Assembly (NCBI GenBank): GCA_963845565.1
Contig: CAWJSJ010000002.1
Span: 64,001 to 128,000 of the forward strand
Reading direction: 5' to 3'
DNA: 64,000 bases
Source: an uncultured Methylomirabilota bacterium
Lineage (GTDB): Bacteria > Methylomirabilota > Methylomirabilia > Methylomirabilales > 2-02-FULL-66-22
Shown: positions 28,820 through 38,653 of the stretch, in pieces
Numbering within the stretch: position 1 is the first letter of the stretch
How the letters are laid out: each line of letters starts with the position of its first letter
Made by a program: the position numbers and the translations under genes
Notes under the pieces: generated by a model
What the model saw: the letters and a program-made list of their open reading frames with translations, nothing else
The model's database searches: none
Told to the model about the DNA's origin: nothing

Positions 28820-29959
28820 TTATGTCTTGGGCGGCGGGGTGCCGCGACCCGGGGATGCGGTCGCGGGGCCGCCGACCATGTTGATGCGCGGCAGCAAGTC
28901 CGGATCGGTCACGAACCGCTGGAAGGTCCGCTTGTCGGCCGCGACGCTGTAGGCGTCGTCCGGGTCGATCTCCTTCTTGTTCAGGGCCTCCAGCAAGGCC
29001 TGATCCATCAGTTGCATACCCAGCTCTTTGCCGGTTTGCAGCATCGAGGGAATCTGAAAGGCTTTCCCGGAGGCCAGGAGATTGGCGATGGCGGGTGTCA
29101 TGACGAGGACTTCCACGATCGCCCGCCGGCCCCGGCCGTCCGCGGTCCGCACCAGCGTCTGGCTCACGATCCCGCGCAGGCTCTGGGCGAGAAACACGGT
29201 GCCCTGGGCTCGCTGCTCGATGGGCAGCGCGTCGAGGATGCGGTCCAGCGTCTTGGTCGCACTGGTGGTGTGCAGCGTCCCCAGCACCAGGTGGCCCGTC
29301 TCCGCGGCGATCATCGCCAGCGTGATGGTCTCGGTATCCCGCATCTCGCCCACCAGGATGATGTCGGGATCCTCGCGGAGCGCCGCCCGCACCCCCTCGG
29401 CAAAGCTCCCGACCTGGGTCCCGACCTCCCGCTGCACGACCAGGCTCATCTTGCTCGGGTGGACGAACTCGATCGGATCTTCCAGCGTGATGATGTTCAG
29501 CCGACGGGTGCTGTTGAGGTGATCGATCATGGCGGCCAGCGTGGTGGACTTCCCCGTGCCGGCCGCCCCGGTGACCAGAATCAACCCCTGGTGATTGCGC
29601 GTCAGGCGCTTCACCACCGGCGGAAGGCCGAGGTCGTCCAGGCTGGGGATCTGGCTGGGGATCACGCGAAAGGTGGCACCGATGCCGCCCAGCTTGCGGA
29701 ACAGATTGACCCGGAACCGCCCCGCGCCCTCGCTGGTGTAGGAGAGGTCCAGGTCGTTTCCGGCCGCGAAGGCGGCCCGCTGGGGCTCCGTCAGGACCTC
29801 CTCCACGAGGGCCTGGAGTTCGTCTTCCGCCAGGTTGCGGTACTTGACGGGCATCAGCGTGCCGTGCATCCGCAGCATGGGGGGGATGCCCACGGCGAGG
29901 TGAATATCCGAGCAGCCCTGCTCTTTACCCAGTTGGAGGAACGCGTCGAGGCGGGCCAT
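28820..29959 (-). CDS. PilT/PilU-family ATPase (second paralog, Pro/Thr-rich tail)
   Basis: SDIHL, GAAGTGKSTT, TLEDPIEF, ILVGEMRD, GTLHT; ATG overlaps kinase stop (TGATG). Confidence 0.93.
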   Translation of the reverse strand: MARLDAFLQLGKEQGCSDIHLAVGIPPMLRMHGTLMPVKYRNLAEDELQALVEEVLTEPQRAAFAAGNDLDLSYTSEGAGRFRVNLFRKLGGIGATFRVIPSQIPSLDDLGLPPVVKRLTRNHQGLILVTGAAGTGKSTTLAAMIDHLNSTRRLNIITLEDPIEFVHPSKMSLVVQREVGTQVGSFAEGVRAALREDPDIILVGEMRDTETITLAMIAAETGHLVLGTLHTTSATKTLDRILDALPIEQRAQGTVFLAQSLRGIVSQTLVRTADGRGRRAIVEVLVMTPAIANLLASGKAFQIPSMLQTGKELGMQLMDQALLEALNKKEIDPDDAYSVAADKRTFQRFVTDPDLLPRINMVGGPATASPGRGTPPPKT

Positions 29960-32418
29960 CACGCCCCCTCGCTCTCGATCAAGCGTTCCAGCGCCCGCTC
30001 CAGTTCGTCCATGCTCTGGTGGCGTTCCGCCGGTGCCAGCGCCATGGCCTTGAGGATCGTGGCCTCGAGCCCCGGCGGCAGGGCCGGATTGACCTGGCGC
30101 GGCGGTGTGACCTTCCCCTGCACGTGCTGGAGCAGGATGGAGACGGGGTCCGGTCCGGTATAGGGCGGCCGGCCGCACAGCATCTCGTACATGATGACGC
30201 CGAGGCTGTAGATGTCGGTCCGCGGATCCACTTTGCCGCCCTGGGCTTGCTCCGGCGCGATATAGGCGGGCGTCCCCACGATCAGGCCCGTCCTGGTCAA
30301 TGCCGGATCCCCCCAGGAACTCGCCGCGGCCAGCCCGAAGTCCACGACCTTCACCAGGTCGGACTCGTTGAGGAGCACGTTGGCGGGCTTGAGGTCCCGA
30401 TGGATGATGCCGGCGCGATGCGCGACGCTCATGCCGTGGCAAATCCCCTGCAGGATCGCGAAGGTGCGGGGGATGGGCAGGGGGCCGCCCCGGGCCAGCA
30501 GCGCGGCCAGGGAGAAGCCCGGGAAATACTCCATGGAGATCGCGTAGGACCGGCCGACGGCGATGAAGTCGTGGATGCGAATCACGTTCTCGTGGGTGAT
30601 CCGTCGGGCGTAGCGGAGCTCCTGGACGAAGCGCTTGATCACCTGCTCGTCGGAGGCAACGTGCGGCTTGAGGAACTTCAGGATGATCTCCTCGTGGACC
30701 ACGACGTCTTCAACCAGGATCACCACGCCGAAGGCCCCGCTGCCGATGTGGCGCACGACGCGGTAGCGATCCGCCAGGACCGTGCCGGGCGGGAGCGCGG
30801 CGGCGTCCATCAAGGCCTCGGGCACGCCGCCCCGGCCGATCACCCGCGTCGGGTCGACTCCATCCGGCTCCGCGATCAGGGAGGCGTGCTTGGCCGACGC
30901 CTCGGGCGCGTAGAGCAGGGACTGGGCCATCGGGGCGGGGGTGCGGACCTCGGTCGGCGCCACCTCGGCCCCCGATACGAGGCTCCCGAATCGGCTGGTC
31001 ATCGCGCGCAGGCTCCGATCGGCCAGGTCCCGCAGCTCGCCCGAGAGGCCCGGCAGCTCCGCCATCAGCGCGCGCTGTGCGGCCTCGGCGTTGGCCTCGT
31101 CGGCGAGGGCCGCCAGCGCCCGGATGGCCTCGGCCTTGACCGCCTTGTCCGGTCGGCGGAGCTGCGCGAGCAGCGGACGGATGGCCTGCGGATCGCCGAG
31201 CGAGGCCAGGGCGCGGATGGCGATCGGGGCCGCCTTGACGTCCTGCTCCATCACCCGCACCAGCGGCGGCACGGCCCGCAGGTCGCCCAGGCTGGCCAGG
31301 GCGTCGATGGCTCGCTCCCGGACCCACCAGTCGCCGTCGTTCAAGGCGTCCACCAGACTGGTGAAGATCGCCTCTCCGCCGGTCTTTACCCGGGTGGTGA
31401 TGAGAATCTCGACGGCGCAGCGCCGGATGAACTCGTCCTTGTCCTTGACGAGCGACAACACCGCCTCGACCACCTTGGGGCCGCCGATGGTTCCCAGGGC
31501 GTCGGCGGCCCGCACGCGGACCCACCAGTCGCGGTCGCGGAGCGCCCCCAGGAGGTCCTTGATGGCGCTGGTGTTGCCGACCTGGTTCAGCACCTCGACC
31601 GCCGCCCGGCGGACGTATTCGGACTCGTCCTGCAGGATGTCGAGCAGGTGGTGCACCGAGGCAGGATCGTTGATCTGGACGATGGTCTCGATCGCCTTGG
31701 CCTGAACCGTGAGGTCCGGATCGCGCAGCCGGCCGCAGACGGCCACGATGTCCACCGGGATCTGCATCCCGGCGAGCCCCTCCAGGGCGGCCAGCCGCAC
31801 CGTCTTGTGCGAATCCGCGAGCAGCGCGGTCAGGGCGTCCCGCGCCGCATCGGTGTTGAACCGGCGGAGCGTCCGGGCGAGATAGAGGCGGGTCAGCCAG
31901 TCCTCGCTGCCGGTGCGCCGCGACAGCTCCGGGATCATGGCGTCGGTCGCAGCCTCTTCGACCAGCCGGAGGATCAGCGTGCGGTGCTCCTTGTCCACCG
32001 CATCGAGCAACCGGAACAGCGCCTGGGGGTTCAGCGCCTGCTTGTGCCGCGAGAGGATCTCGACCAGGCGGGCCTTGGGCGCATCCGGATTCTGAAAGAG
32101 GTCCAGCAGCCGATTGGGGTCGAAGCCGCCCCCGGCGCAGAGGAGCTCCAGAACGCGGGCGGCGATCCGAGTGTCGGCGTGGGACACGCCTGCCACGAAA
32201 AGCGGCAGCGTGGAATTGTCCAGCAGCTTGCGCAGGAGCCCGACGATCGCGTCCGCGGACACGGGATCCGCGAGCGCTTCGAACAGCCGGGGCACGGCGC
32301 GATCGGCGAGCTGCCGGAGCGTCGCCAGCGCCTGCCGCTTGTCTGCCTCCGGGGCCTCCGGGGCGGACACGAGCGCCTCGATTGCCCGGTTGACCTTGAA
32401 CCCGTCCAGCATGCCCAT
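29959..32418 (-). CDS. HEAT-repeat Ser/Thr protein kinase (cytoplasmic)
   Basis: About 480 aa of LxDxDxxVRxxAxxAL repeats, then GSGAFG, HRDLKPAN, DFG, APE, DIYSLG; no TM segment seen. Confidence 0.92.
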   Translation of the reverse strand: MGMLDGFKVNRAIEALVSAPEAPEADKRQALATLRQLADRAVPRLFEALADPVSADAIVGLLRKLLDNSTLPLFVAGVSHADTRIAARVLELLCAGGGFDPNRLLDLFQNPDAPKARLVEILSRHKQALNPQALFRLLDAVDKEHRTLILRLVEEAATDAMIPELSRRTGSEDWLTRLYLARTLRRFNTDAARDALTALLADSHKTVRLAALEGLAGMQIPVDIVAVCGRLRDPDLTVQAKAIETIVQINDPASVHHLLDILQDESEYVRRAAVEVLNQVGNTSAIKDLLGALRDRDWWVRVRAADALGTIGGPKVVEAVLSLVKDKDEFIRRCAVEILITTRVKTGGEAIFTSLVDALNDGDWWVRERAIDALASLGDLRAVPPLVRVMEQDVKAAPIAIRALASLGDPQAIRPLLAQLRRPDKAVKAEAIRALAALADEANAEAAQRALMAELPGLSGELRDLADRSLRAMTSRFGSLVSGAEVAPTEVRTPAPMAQSLLYAPEASAKHASLIAEPDGVDPTRVIGRGGVPEALMDAAALPPGTVLADRYRVVRHIGSGAFGVVILVEDVVVHEEIILKFLKPHVASDEQVIKRFVQELRYARRITHENVIRIHDFIAVGRSYAISMEYFPGFSLAALLARGGPLPIPRTFAILQGICHGMSVAHRAGIIHRDLKPANVLLNESDLVKVVDFGLAAASSWGDPALTRTGLIVGTPAYIAPEQAQGGKVDPRTDIYSLGVIMYEMLCGRPPYTGPDPVSILLQHVQGKVTPPRQVNPALPPGLEATILKAMALAPAERHQSMDELERALERLIESEGA

Positions 32419-32477
32419 CCGTTGCCGTCCTCAGTCGCTCGTCGGAGCTGGGCGCCGCCCTTCCGGAATCGCGGCCG

Positions 32478-32936
32478 CTACGGGGTCACGCAGGCGATGT
32501 ACGCCTTGTTCACGATGCAGATGTTTCCCCCGGCGCAGTGGACCTTGACGAACCGCTCGTCGTGGAGATTGAGATAATCGAAGAGGCGCGACCGATCCGG
32601 TGGGAGCGCCCGCTGGATGGTCCCGGTGATCAGCGAGCCATCCATCAGGTGCAGCCCGCAGGGCAGCGGGTCCACGCTGGGAAGCGGCGCGGGGTCGTCG
32701 TCGTATTCCACCCGCACGACGGAGATCTTGTTGTAGAAGCGCAGCTCGTCGGGCTGATCCCGCTTGAGCACCAAGAAGGGATCCGCGGTGTTCAGGACCT
32801 CCAGGGGCTCTTCCTCTCCGGCGCGATTCGCGCTCTGCGGGCGCAGGAAGAGCGAACCGACCACCCGCCCCTCCGGATGCACCCAGAGCGTGACCAGCTT
32901 GAGTTTCTTGGGGACTTTCAAGCGATCGCGGAGCAT
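32478..32936 (-). CDS. Hypothetical protein with two similar beta-rich halves (possibly DUF6812-like)
   Basis: G.V.G.L...E.LN..DPFL / G.LI.G.I...RL.DYLN..ERFV...IVNK; AAGGAGG RBS. Confidence 0.7.
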   Translation of the reverse strand: MLRDRLKVPKKLKLVTLWVHPEGRVVGSLFLRPQSANRAGEEEPLEVLNTADPFLVLKRDQPDELRFYNKISVVRVEYDDDPAPLPSVDPLPCGLHLMDGSLITGTIQRALPPDRSRLFDYLNLHDERFVKVHCAGGNICIVNKAYIACVTP

Positions 32937-33116
32937 GGTCCCTCCTTGCATTCTCGCGTCCGGGTGGCGTCACATCGCCGATCCCGCCCCGTCTGCGATG
33001 CAGACAAGACGGTGGTGGGAACGCGCGCCCGCGCACCGGCGCCGAGCCCGCGCCGGGAAGGGCACGGACAAGCCGATCCGCCCCACAGCCCGGCAGCATG
33101 GGCGGCATCCCCGGCG

Positions 33117-33145
33117 AACCTAGCAGCGGGGCGGCATCGTGTCAA
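33117..33145 (-). promoter_or_regulatory. Putative sigma70 promoter for hypothetical-kinase-PilT operon
   Basis: TTGACA-N17-TAGGTT with TG extended -10. Confidence 0.55.
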
Positions 33146-33261
33146 GAGGCTGATACCGAGAGGTCGTCCCACCTGACCACGGAAGCGTACCCGGCGACAT
33201 GAACACGAAAAAACGGAAGGGAGATCTGACCCGCGGCCTGCGGAAGGGGGCGGCGCGGCCG

Positions 33262-34368
33262 TCACCGATCGCCCGGAAGTTGCTCGATCGGGAAGGGCCG
33301 GCCGAAATGATACCCCTGGGCCCGCGTGAAGCCCAGGTCGAGGCACGCCGCGGCTTCCGCGCCGGTCTCGAGGCCTTCGGCCAGCGGCTCCACCCCGAGA
33401 TCGCGGGCGATCTCGACCAGGGATTTCAGCAGGCGCCGCTTGGTGTCCGGGGCCTGGTCGATGTCGCGCACGAAGCGCACATCGAACTTGAGCAGATCGG
33501 GGGGCACCTCGCCGAGCTCGAGCAGACGAGCCTGACCGGCGCCGAAATCGTCGTAGGCGAGGCCGATGCCGCACTCGCGCAGCCCCGCTCGGAGTTCGGC
33601 GATCCGCCCGGTCTTGGCGACGGCGGCCTCGTGCACCTCGATGGTGATGGGCTGCTCCGGGAACTGGCGGCGCATCTCGCGGAGCGACGCCAGCAGGTCC
33701 GCCTCCGCGAACTCGGCCGGATGCGTGTTCAGGTACAGCATCGGCAGCGGACCGCGCGTGGCGGCGATCTCCATCGCCTTCCGGCGGAAGAGCCGGCTGA
33801 GCTCCGATTGCACCCCCAGACCCGCACCGATCTCGAAGAGCTCCATGGGGCTCTCCGAGATCCCCGGGTAGAGCCCGCGACCCAGCGCCTCGTAGCCGAC
33901 CACCTCGCCCGCGGGCAGCGTCACGATCGGCTGGAAGAGGATCGTCACGGCGCTGAGGCGCAACAGCTCCGCCAGCTCCTGCGTCCCCTTGAGCAGGTGC
34001 TGGGGCTTGGGCAGCTCCTCCATCATCAGCGTGCCCCAGGATTGGAAGCTGTCCTCGACGCCCAGGCGGAATTCGACCTCGCCGAAGTGGATGATGTCCG
34101 CGTCGCCTACGGCCTGGTCCTGGATGCGCTTCCGGTTCACGAACGTCCCGTTCCGGCTGCCGATGTCGCGCAGGCGGAGGCCGTCGCCGTCCAGGTAGAA
34201 CTCGGCGTGTTCCCGGGACACCGAGGTGTCGGGTAAGGTCAACTGCAGGCCGGTGCGGCGGCCGATCCGGAACGGCAGCGGCGAGAGCGCGATCGTGGAC
34301 AGGCGCTCGCCCCCGTGGACGAGGCCGACCAAGACCCAGGGAACCTTGGGGGACAAGGGTTCAACCAT
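33262..34368 (-). CDS. FHA-EAL domain c-di-GMP phosphodiesterase
   Basis: FHA: IGR, VSREHA, SRNGTFVN; EAL: YEALGR, YLN, IEVHE, DDFGAG, LLKFD, AEGLE, QGY. Confidence 0.92.
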   Translation of the reverse strand: MVEPLSPKVPWVLVGLVHGGERLSTIALSPLPFRIGRRTGLQLTLPDTSVSREHAEFYLDGDGLRLRDIGSRNGTFVNRKRIQDQAVGDADIIHFGEVEFRLGVEDSFQSWGTLMMEELPKPQHLLKGTQELAELLRLSAVTILFQPIVTLPAGEVVGYEALGRGLYPGISESPMELFEIGAGLGVQSELSRLFRRKAMEIAATRGPLPMLYLNTHPAEFAEADLLASLREMRRQFPEQPITIEVHEAAVAKTGRIAELRAGLRECGIGLAYDDFGAGQARLLELGEVPPDLLKFDVRFVRDIDQAPDTKRRLLKSLVEIARDLGVEPLAEGLETGAEAAACLDLGFTRAQGYHFGRPFPIEQLPGDR

Positions 34369-34502
34369 GCGACGCGCGATACCTTCCCGATGGATGTTCG
34401 TCGAAACGGCGCGGGCCCGTGCGACCCCACTCCCCAGAAGCGGCCGTCGGGATGGCGGCGCTACGGAAGTCGGATTCCGGCTGCGAGGGCACGCCGTCCG
34501 GG

Positions 34503-34531
34503 ACGCTAACACCGCCGCGCGGGCGTGTCAA
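34503..34531 (-). promoter_or_regulatory. Putative sigma70 promoter for FHA-EAL
   Basis: TTGACA-N17-TAGCGT with TG extended -10. Confidence 0.5.
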
Positions 34532-34653
34532 GCGACTACGCGGCATAGGCGGCATAGGGGCCGTACCTGCCGATGTGCCTGCAGGCCTCCGGGAGGACTG
34601 CGAGCCATCCGCGCCGTTGACGATCGCTTCCCGACGTGGTGTGGCGAGCGTCG

Positions 34654-35982
34654 CTATGGTGGGGTCGACGCTGCCGCATCAGGGAGCGTCTGGAGATTCC
34701 AGTACGCCCGGAAGGCACCCGGGTCCAGACCGAGCGCGCGCAGGTACGCGTCCCTGGCGCGGGTAGGTTCCCCCGCCAGTTGGTAGGCATAGCCCAGATT
34801 GCTCCACGCGCGGGCATTCTCCGGCGAAGCGGCCACGGTCGCTGTCCACAGCGTCACCTCGGTTCGATAGTCCCCGTTCCGCAGCACGGTCGCCGTCAGC
34901 AGGACCAGCGCCAAACCGGTGGCCGCGGCCACCGCGGCGCGGCGCGGAAGCCAGGACCAGAGGCCGGCGGCCAGCAAGAACGCCGGGCCGAGGATGGCCA
35001 AATAGAGCTGCCGGTCGTTGGCGACGTCCAGCCGGGGAAAGAGCGAGTTGGTGGGCGCCAGGTGCAGGAAGAACCACAGGACCGCTGCGCCGAGAGGTGG
35101 CCACCGACGCAACAGCACGATCCCGAGGACCACCAGCGCGAGCAAGAGGCATCCCTGGATCGCCAGGACGAGAGTCGGCGCCATGCACGGGGAGAGCGGC
35201 GGGTCTATATTGGCCCGGAGCAGGAGCAGCGGCTGCGTCAGCAGATACCAGATCCCGTCGATCTGCGTGAGGAGGTTTTCGCCGATCGGGCGGATGGAGA
35301 CGCTGAAGGTAAGCAGGCGCCGATACCCCGGGAGTGCTAGCCCGGCCGCCAGCGCGGCCCCGAGCATCGTCCAGTGAGGGATGCTGCGCCGCCACGCCCG
35401 GCCCCACGGCACGCCGACGGCACCGTCCGCCAGCACGAGGGCCGCGGGGAGCGTCACCGCGGTCTCTTTGGTGGCCAGCGCCAGGGCGAAGAACGCCAGG
35501 GAGAGCAGGCGGTTGCCGCCGCCCACATGCAGGGCGACGGCGCCTAGGTAGAGCGCGCCCATCAGCGACATCGAGCGGCCCGAGATATAGGTGACGGCCT
35601 CCGTCTGCACGGGGTGCAGAGCAAAGATCAGCCCCGCCGTGAGGGCGATGGGACCGGCCAGCGGCGCCAACCGCTCGGACGCCGTCGCCAGGCGGCCGCA
35701 CAGCCGCATCGCCAGCAGGGCCGCGGCGATGTGGCAGACGAGATTGACGGCGTGAAAGCCTGCCGTCCCAAGCCCGGAACTCCAGTTGAGCGCGTACGAC
35801 AGTTTGAGGAGTGGGCGGATGCCGGGCATCGAGGCGGCCCAGGCGGACAGATCCCGGATCCCGGCGTTGTGGACGATGACGGTGTAGTCGTCGAACTGGA
35901 ATTCGCCGCGCAGGCCGTTGGCGTAGGCCAGCGTCACGGCACCCGTGAGGACGAGGTCCCGGACGAGACCGTTACGAGCCAC
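34654..35982 (-). CDS. TMTC-like GT-C membrane glycosyltransferase with TPR
   Basis: FQFDD, RPL, FHAVN, FALHPVQTEAVTYISGR, KETA, DRQLYL, C-terminal TPR. Confidence 0.8.
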   Translation of the reverse strand: MARNGLVRDLVLTGAVTLAYANGLRGEFQFDDYTVIVHNAGIRDLSAWAASMPGIRPLLKLSYALNWSSGLGTAGFHAVNLVCHIAAALLAMRLCGRLATASERLAPLAGPIALTAGLIFALHPVQTEAVTYISGRSMSLMGALYLGAVALHVGGGNRLLSLAFFALALATKETAVTLPAALVLADGAVGVPWGRAWRRSIPHWTMLGAALAAGLALPGYRRLLTFSVSIRPIGENLLTQIDGIWYLLTQPLLLLRANIDPPLSPCMAPTLVLAIQGCLLLALVVLGIVLLRRWPPLGAAVLWFFLHLAPTNSLFPRLDVANDRQLYLAILGPAFLLAAGLWSWLPRRAAVAAATGLALVLLTATVLRNGDYRTEVTLWTATVAASPENARAWSNLGYAYQLAGEPTRARDAYLRALGLDPGAFRAYWNLQTLPDAAASTPP

Positions 35983-36793
35983 CGGACGCCTGCGCGAACG
36001 CGCGCTCGACGAGGCCGTAGGCGTCCCACCAGCGATTGAAGGCGTTCAGCAGGACGACGAGGACCCGGACGCCTTCCCGCTCCGCCAGCACGATGACACA
36101 GCGCCCGGCGCGGCGGGTGAACCCCGATTTCACGCCCACGACATCGGGGAGACGGCCCACCATCAGGTTCGTGTTGCGCACGTGGAACTCCCGGCGGCCG
36201 TCCACGGTCTGAACACGCGCCTCGGACATGGCGACCCGTGCGGCGAAGGCGGGAAACCGGAGCGCCGTTTCCGTCAGCAGGGCGAGGTCCGAGGCGCTCG
36301 CGTAGTGGCCGGGGGCGTCCCACCCGCAGGCGTTGGCGAAGTGGGTGTCCTGCAACCCCAGCTCACGGGCACGCCGGTTCATGCGCGCGACGAACCGCGC
36401 CTCGCTGCCCGCCTCGTGCTCGGCGAGCGCCCGGCACGCATCGTTGGCGGAACGCACCAGCGTCGCGGTCAGCAGATCCTCGACGCGCAACCGATCGCCC
36501 GCCTTGAGTCCGAGCCGCGAGCCGCCTTGCCCTGCGGCGGACCGACTCACCGTCACCACGGCATCGAACTGCCCGCTCTCGAGAACCAGGAGCGCGGTCA
36601 TGATCTTGGTCAGGCTGGCGGGCGGCAGCCGTTTATGCGCGTCCTTGGCCCAGAGCGCCCGGCCCTGCACCTGCACGAGGTGCGCCTCCGCGTCGACGGG
36701 AAACGGATCGTCCGCCGCCTGGCTCGCGCCGGCCGGCCACAGCAGGACAGCCAGGGCTACCGCGAGCAGGCGGAGGGAGCCGGACACGGTCAC
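35972..36793 (-). CDS. D-alanyl-D-alanine carboxypeptidase (peptidase S11)
   Basis: PASLTK (SxxK), SAND (SxN), KSG; signal peptide; GTGA overlap with upstream gene. Confidence 0.9.
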   Translation of the reverse strand: MTVSGSLRLLAVALAVLLWPAGASQAADDPFPVDAEAHLVQVQGRALWAKDAHKRLPPASLTKIMTALLVLESGQFDAVVTVSRSAAGQGGSRLGLKAGDRLRVEDLLTATLVRSANDACRALAEHEAGSEARFVARMNRRARELGLQDTHFANACGWDAPGHYASASDLALLTETALRFPAFAARVAMSEARVQTVDGRREFHVRNTNLMVGRLPDVVGVKSGFTRRAGRCVIVLAEREGVRVLVVLLNAFNRWWDAYGLVERAFAQASGGS

Positions 36794-37884
36794 TTCCCGA
36801 ACAGCCCCTTGAAGGGGTTGATGGTTTCCAGCGCCTTGTCGAGCACGCCCGTCGGGCTTGGCGACGTCGGGGCCGGGGGAGCGCCGGCTGCCGTCGGAGC
36901 CTGCGGCGCGGCGACAGGTGCCTGTCCGGGCGCCTGAGTCGGCCCCCCGGGGGCGGTCGGGGTCGGGGACACTGCCTTCCCCGGCGCTGCCTGGGCCGGG
37001 CTCGGCGCCGGCGGCGCCGCCTGCGGCTGTCCCCCTCCCGGCGACGTCGCACGCGCCTGGGGGTACCGCGTGCAGATCGGAGCGTACTCGAACACCTGAA
37101 CCGACGTCCCGCGGCGGCCGGTGCACTGTTGCACGGCGATCTCTTTCGCCTGCGCCTCGCAGTAATTGGCCACGAATCCCCAGTTCCGGGTCGAACCGGC
37201 GTTCTGGCACGCATCGGCCCAGATGGCGTTCGGGTCCTGGCCGCCGCTCATCAAGACCTGCTGCATATCGGACCGGGCGCGGAGGTAGCCGTCGAATTTC
37301 ACCGGGTCCCGCATTTCATTCGCCACCTGCCGGACGCGACCGACGAACTCGTTCCGGTACTCCTTGCAGTACGCCTGGTCGTCCTTGAACGCGAACCACT
37401 CCAGCTTCTCCACCGCCTGCCGGCATTGGGCCGCGACGGTGGCCCGCTGCTGCGCGCCCACGTCCACCCAGGTGCAGGAGCCGACCTTCCGACCGGAGTA
37501 GGCGTTGGTCATGTTGACCGTCCGCCCGTCCATGGTCCCCTGCATCTGCATCGTGCCCTGGTAACTATCGCCCGTGGAGGTGATGTCCACCGTGCCCGTC
37601 ATCCGGTCTTTCCCCTCGCAGATCATCCGGAAGGTGGTGCGGTTGCCCGACCGGCGCATGTCCTCGATCCGGCAGTTTTGGTCCTTCGGCATCACCCCTT
37701 CTTCCTGCTTTCCCTTCTGCAAACAGACCCGGCTGGTCTGCGGCGGCATGGCAAACGGCATCCCCGCCATCTCCATCTTGCTCGTGATCTCCCAGAGGTC
37801 GTCCGGCCCCTGCTGCGCCGGAGTCGGGGACGCGGCCACAAACAGCGCGAGGACGACTACCCAGATGAGGTGCGGATACGACAT
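36790..37884 (-). CDS. DUF3617-like secreted protein with Cys-containing helical domain and Pro/Ala tail
   Basis: Signal peptide; DLWEITSKMEM.GMP...C...G..VGSC. Confidence 0.75.
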   Translation of the reverse strand: MSYPHLIWVVVLALFVAASPTPAQQGPDDLWEITSKMEMAGMPFAMPPQTSRVCLQKGKQEEGVMPKDQNCRIEDMRRSGNRTTFRMICEGKDRMTGTVDITSTGDSYQGTMQMQGTMDGRTVNMTNAYSGRKVGSCTWVDVGAQQRATVAAQCRQAVEKLEWFAFKDDQAYCKEYRNEFVGRVRQVANEMRDPVKFDGYLRARSDMQQVLMSGGQDPNAIWADACQNAGSTRNWGFVANYCEAQAKEIAVQQCTGRRGTSVQVFEYAPICTRYPQARATSPGGGQPQAAPPAPSPAQAAPGKAVSPTPTAPGGPTQAPGQAPVAAPQAPTAAGAPPAPTSPSPTGVLDKALETINPFKGLFGK

Positions 37885-37935
37885 GGCATTCAACCTCCCT
37901 GACTGCGAAGAGACGAGAATCTTGTTCGCCGCCCG

Positions 37936-38541
37936 CTATTGTGGCGGCGTACCAGGCATCGGCGTCGGCAGCATGGGCGGCGGCGCGCCGATGCCGGGTT
38001 GCATGGAGCCGGGCGTTTGCTGCGCCGGCATCCCGGGATTCGGCGTGGGAATGTTCAACGGCGACTTGCCAAATGTCGGACGGTTTCCGCCGATCCCGCC
38101 GGGAAACGATCCGGCACCGGGATCGGCCGGGGCGCCCGGCATGGATGGCGCTGGCACGGGCCCACGCGCCGGCATCCCGCCCGCCTGCCCGTCGGGACTC
38201 TGCCCCGGCGGCGTGTACTGGAACTTCTGGCGCACGGACGGGATGGGCACCCCGGTCGCGATCCGATCTAACGTCACCCGGTCAACCTCGACGACTTGCG
38301 GCCACTGATAGCCCCGCGACTGGAACGTCTCGTAGTCGGGAATGTAACACTTCCGCCCGCCCTGGATCACGTAGACCTGTGTCGTGCCCTGCAGGCGGAC
38401 CACGGCCCCCTCGGGCACCGCCCCGGACTGTTGCGCCGCGGCAACCGCCAACACGGCACACAACATCGTCAACAGCGCGATCGCCGATGTTGCCGCCCTC
38501 ACAGCGCCTCCTTTCTCACCGCCTTCCCTATTCGACTCCAT
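37936..38541 (-). CDS. Secreted protein with small N-terminal domain and Pro/Gly-rich tail
   Basis: Signal-like helix; VYVIQGGRKCYIPDYETF domain; low-complexity C-terminus. Confidence 0.65.
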   Translation of the reverse strand: MESNREGGEKGGAVRAATSAIALLTMLCAVLAVAAAQQSGAVPEGAVVRLQGTTQVYVIQGGRKCYIPDYETFQSRGYQWPQVVEVDRVTLDRIATGVPIPSVRQKFQYTPPGQSPDGQAGGMPARGPVPAPSMPGAPADPGAGSFPGGIGGNRPTFGKSPLNIPTPNPGMPAQQTPGSMQPGIGAPPPMLPTPMPGTPPQ

Positions 38542-38653
38542 CCCCGTTTCTGCGGCGATGCGACGAGTAGCGCATTTGCCCGCAACGCCCGCGGAGGGCG
38601 TCGCGTCGAACGTGCTGTCGACCGGGACGCGTAAACGTTTGGGCCGGCACCTC

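Noticed and set aside
30019..32577. 852-aa plus-strand ORF and many other long overlapping ORFs (e.g. 45-1010, 28574-30163, 50149-51963)
   Set aside because: Antisense or alternate-frame shadows of well-supported genes in high-GC DNA; no motifs
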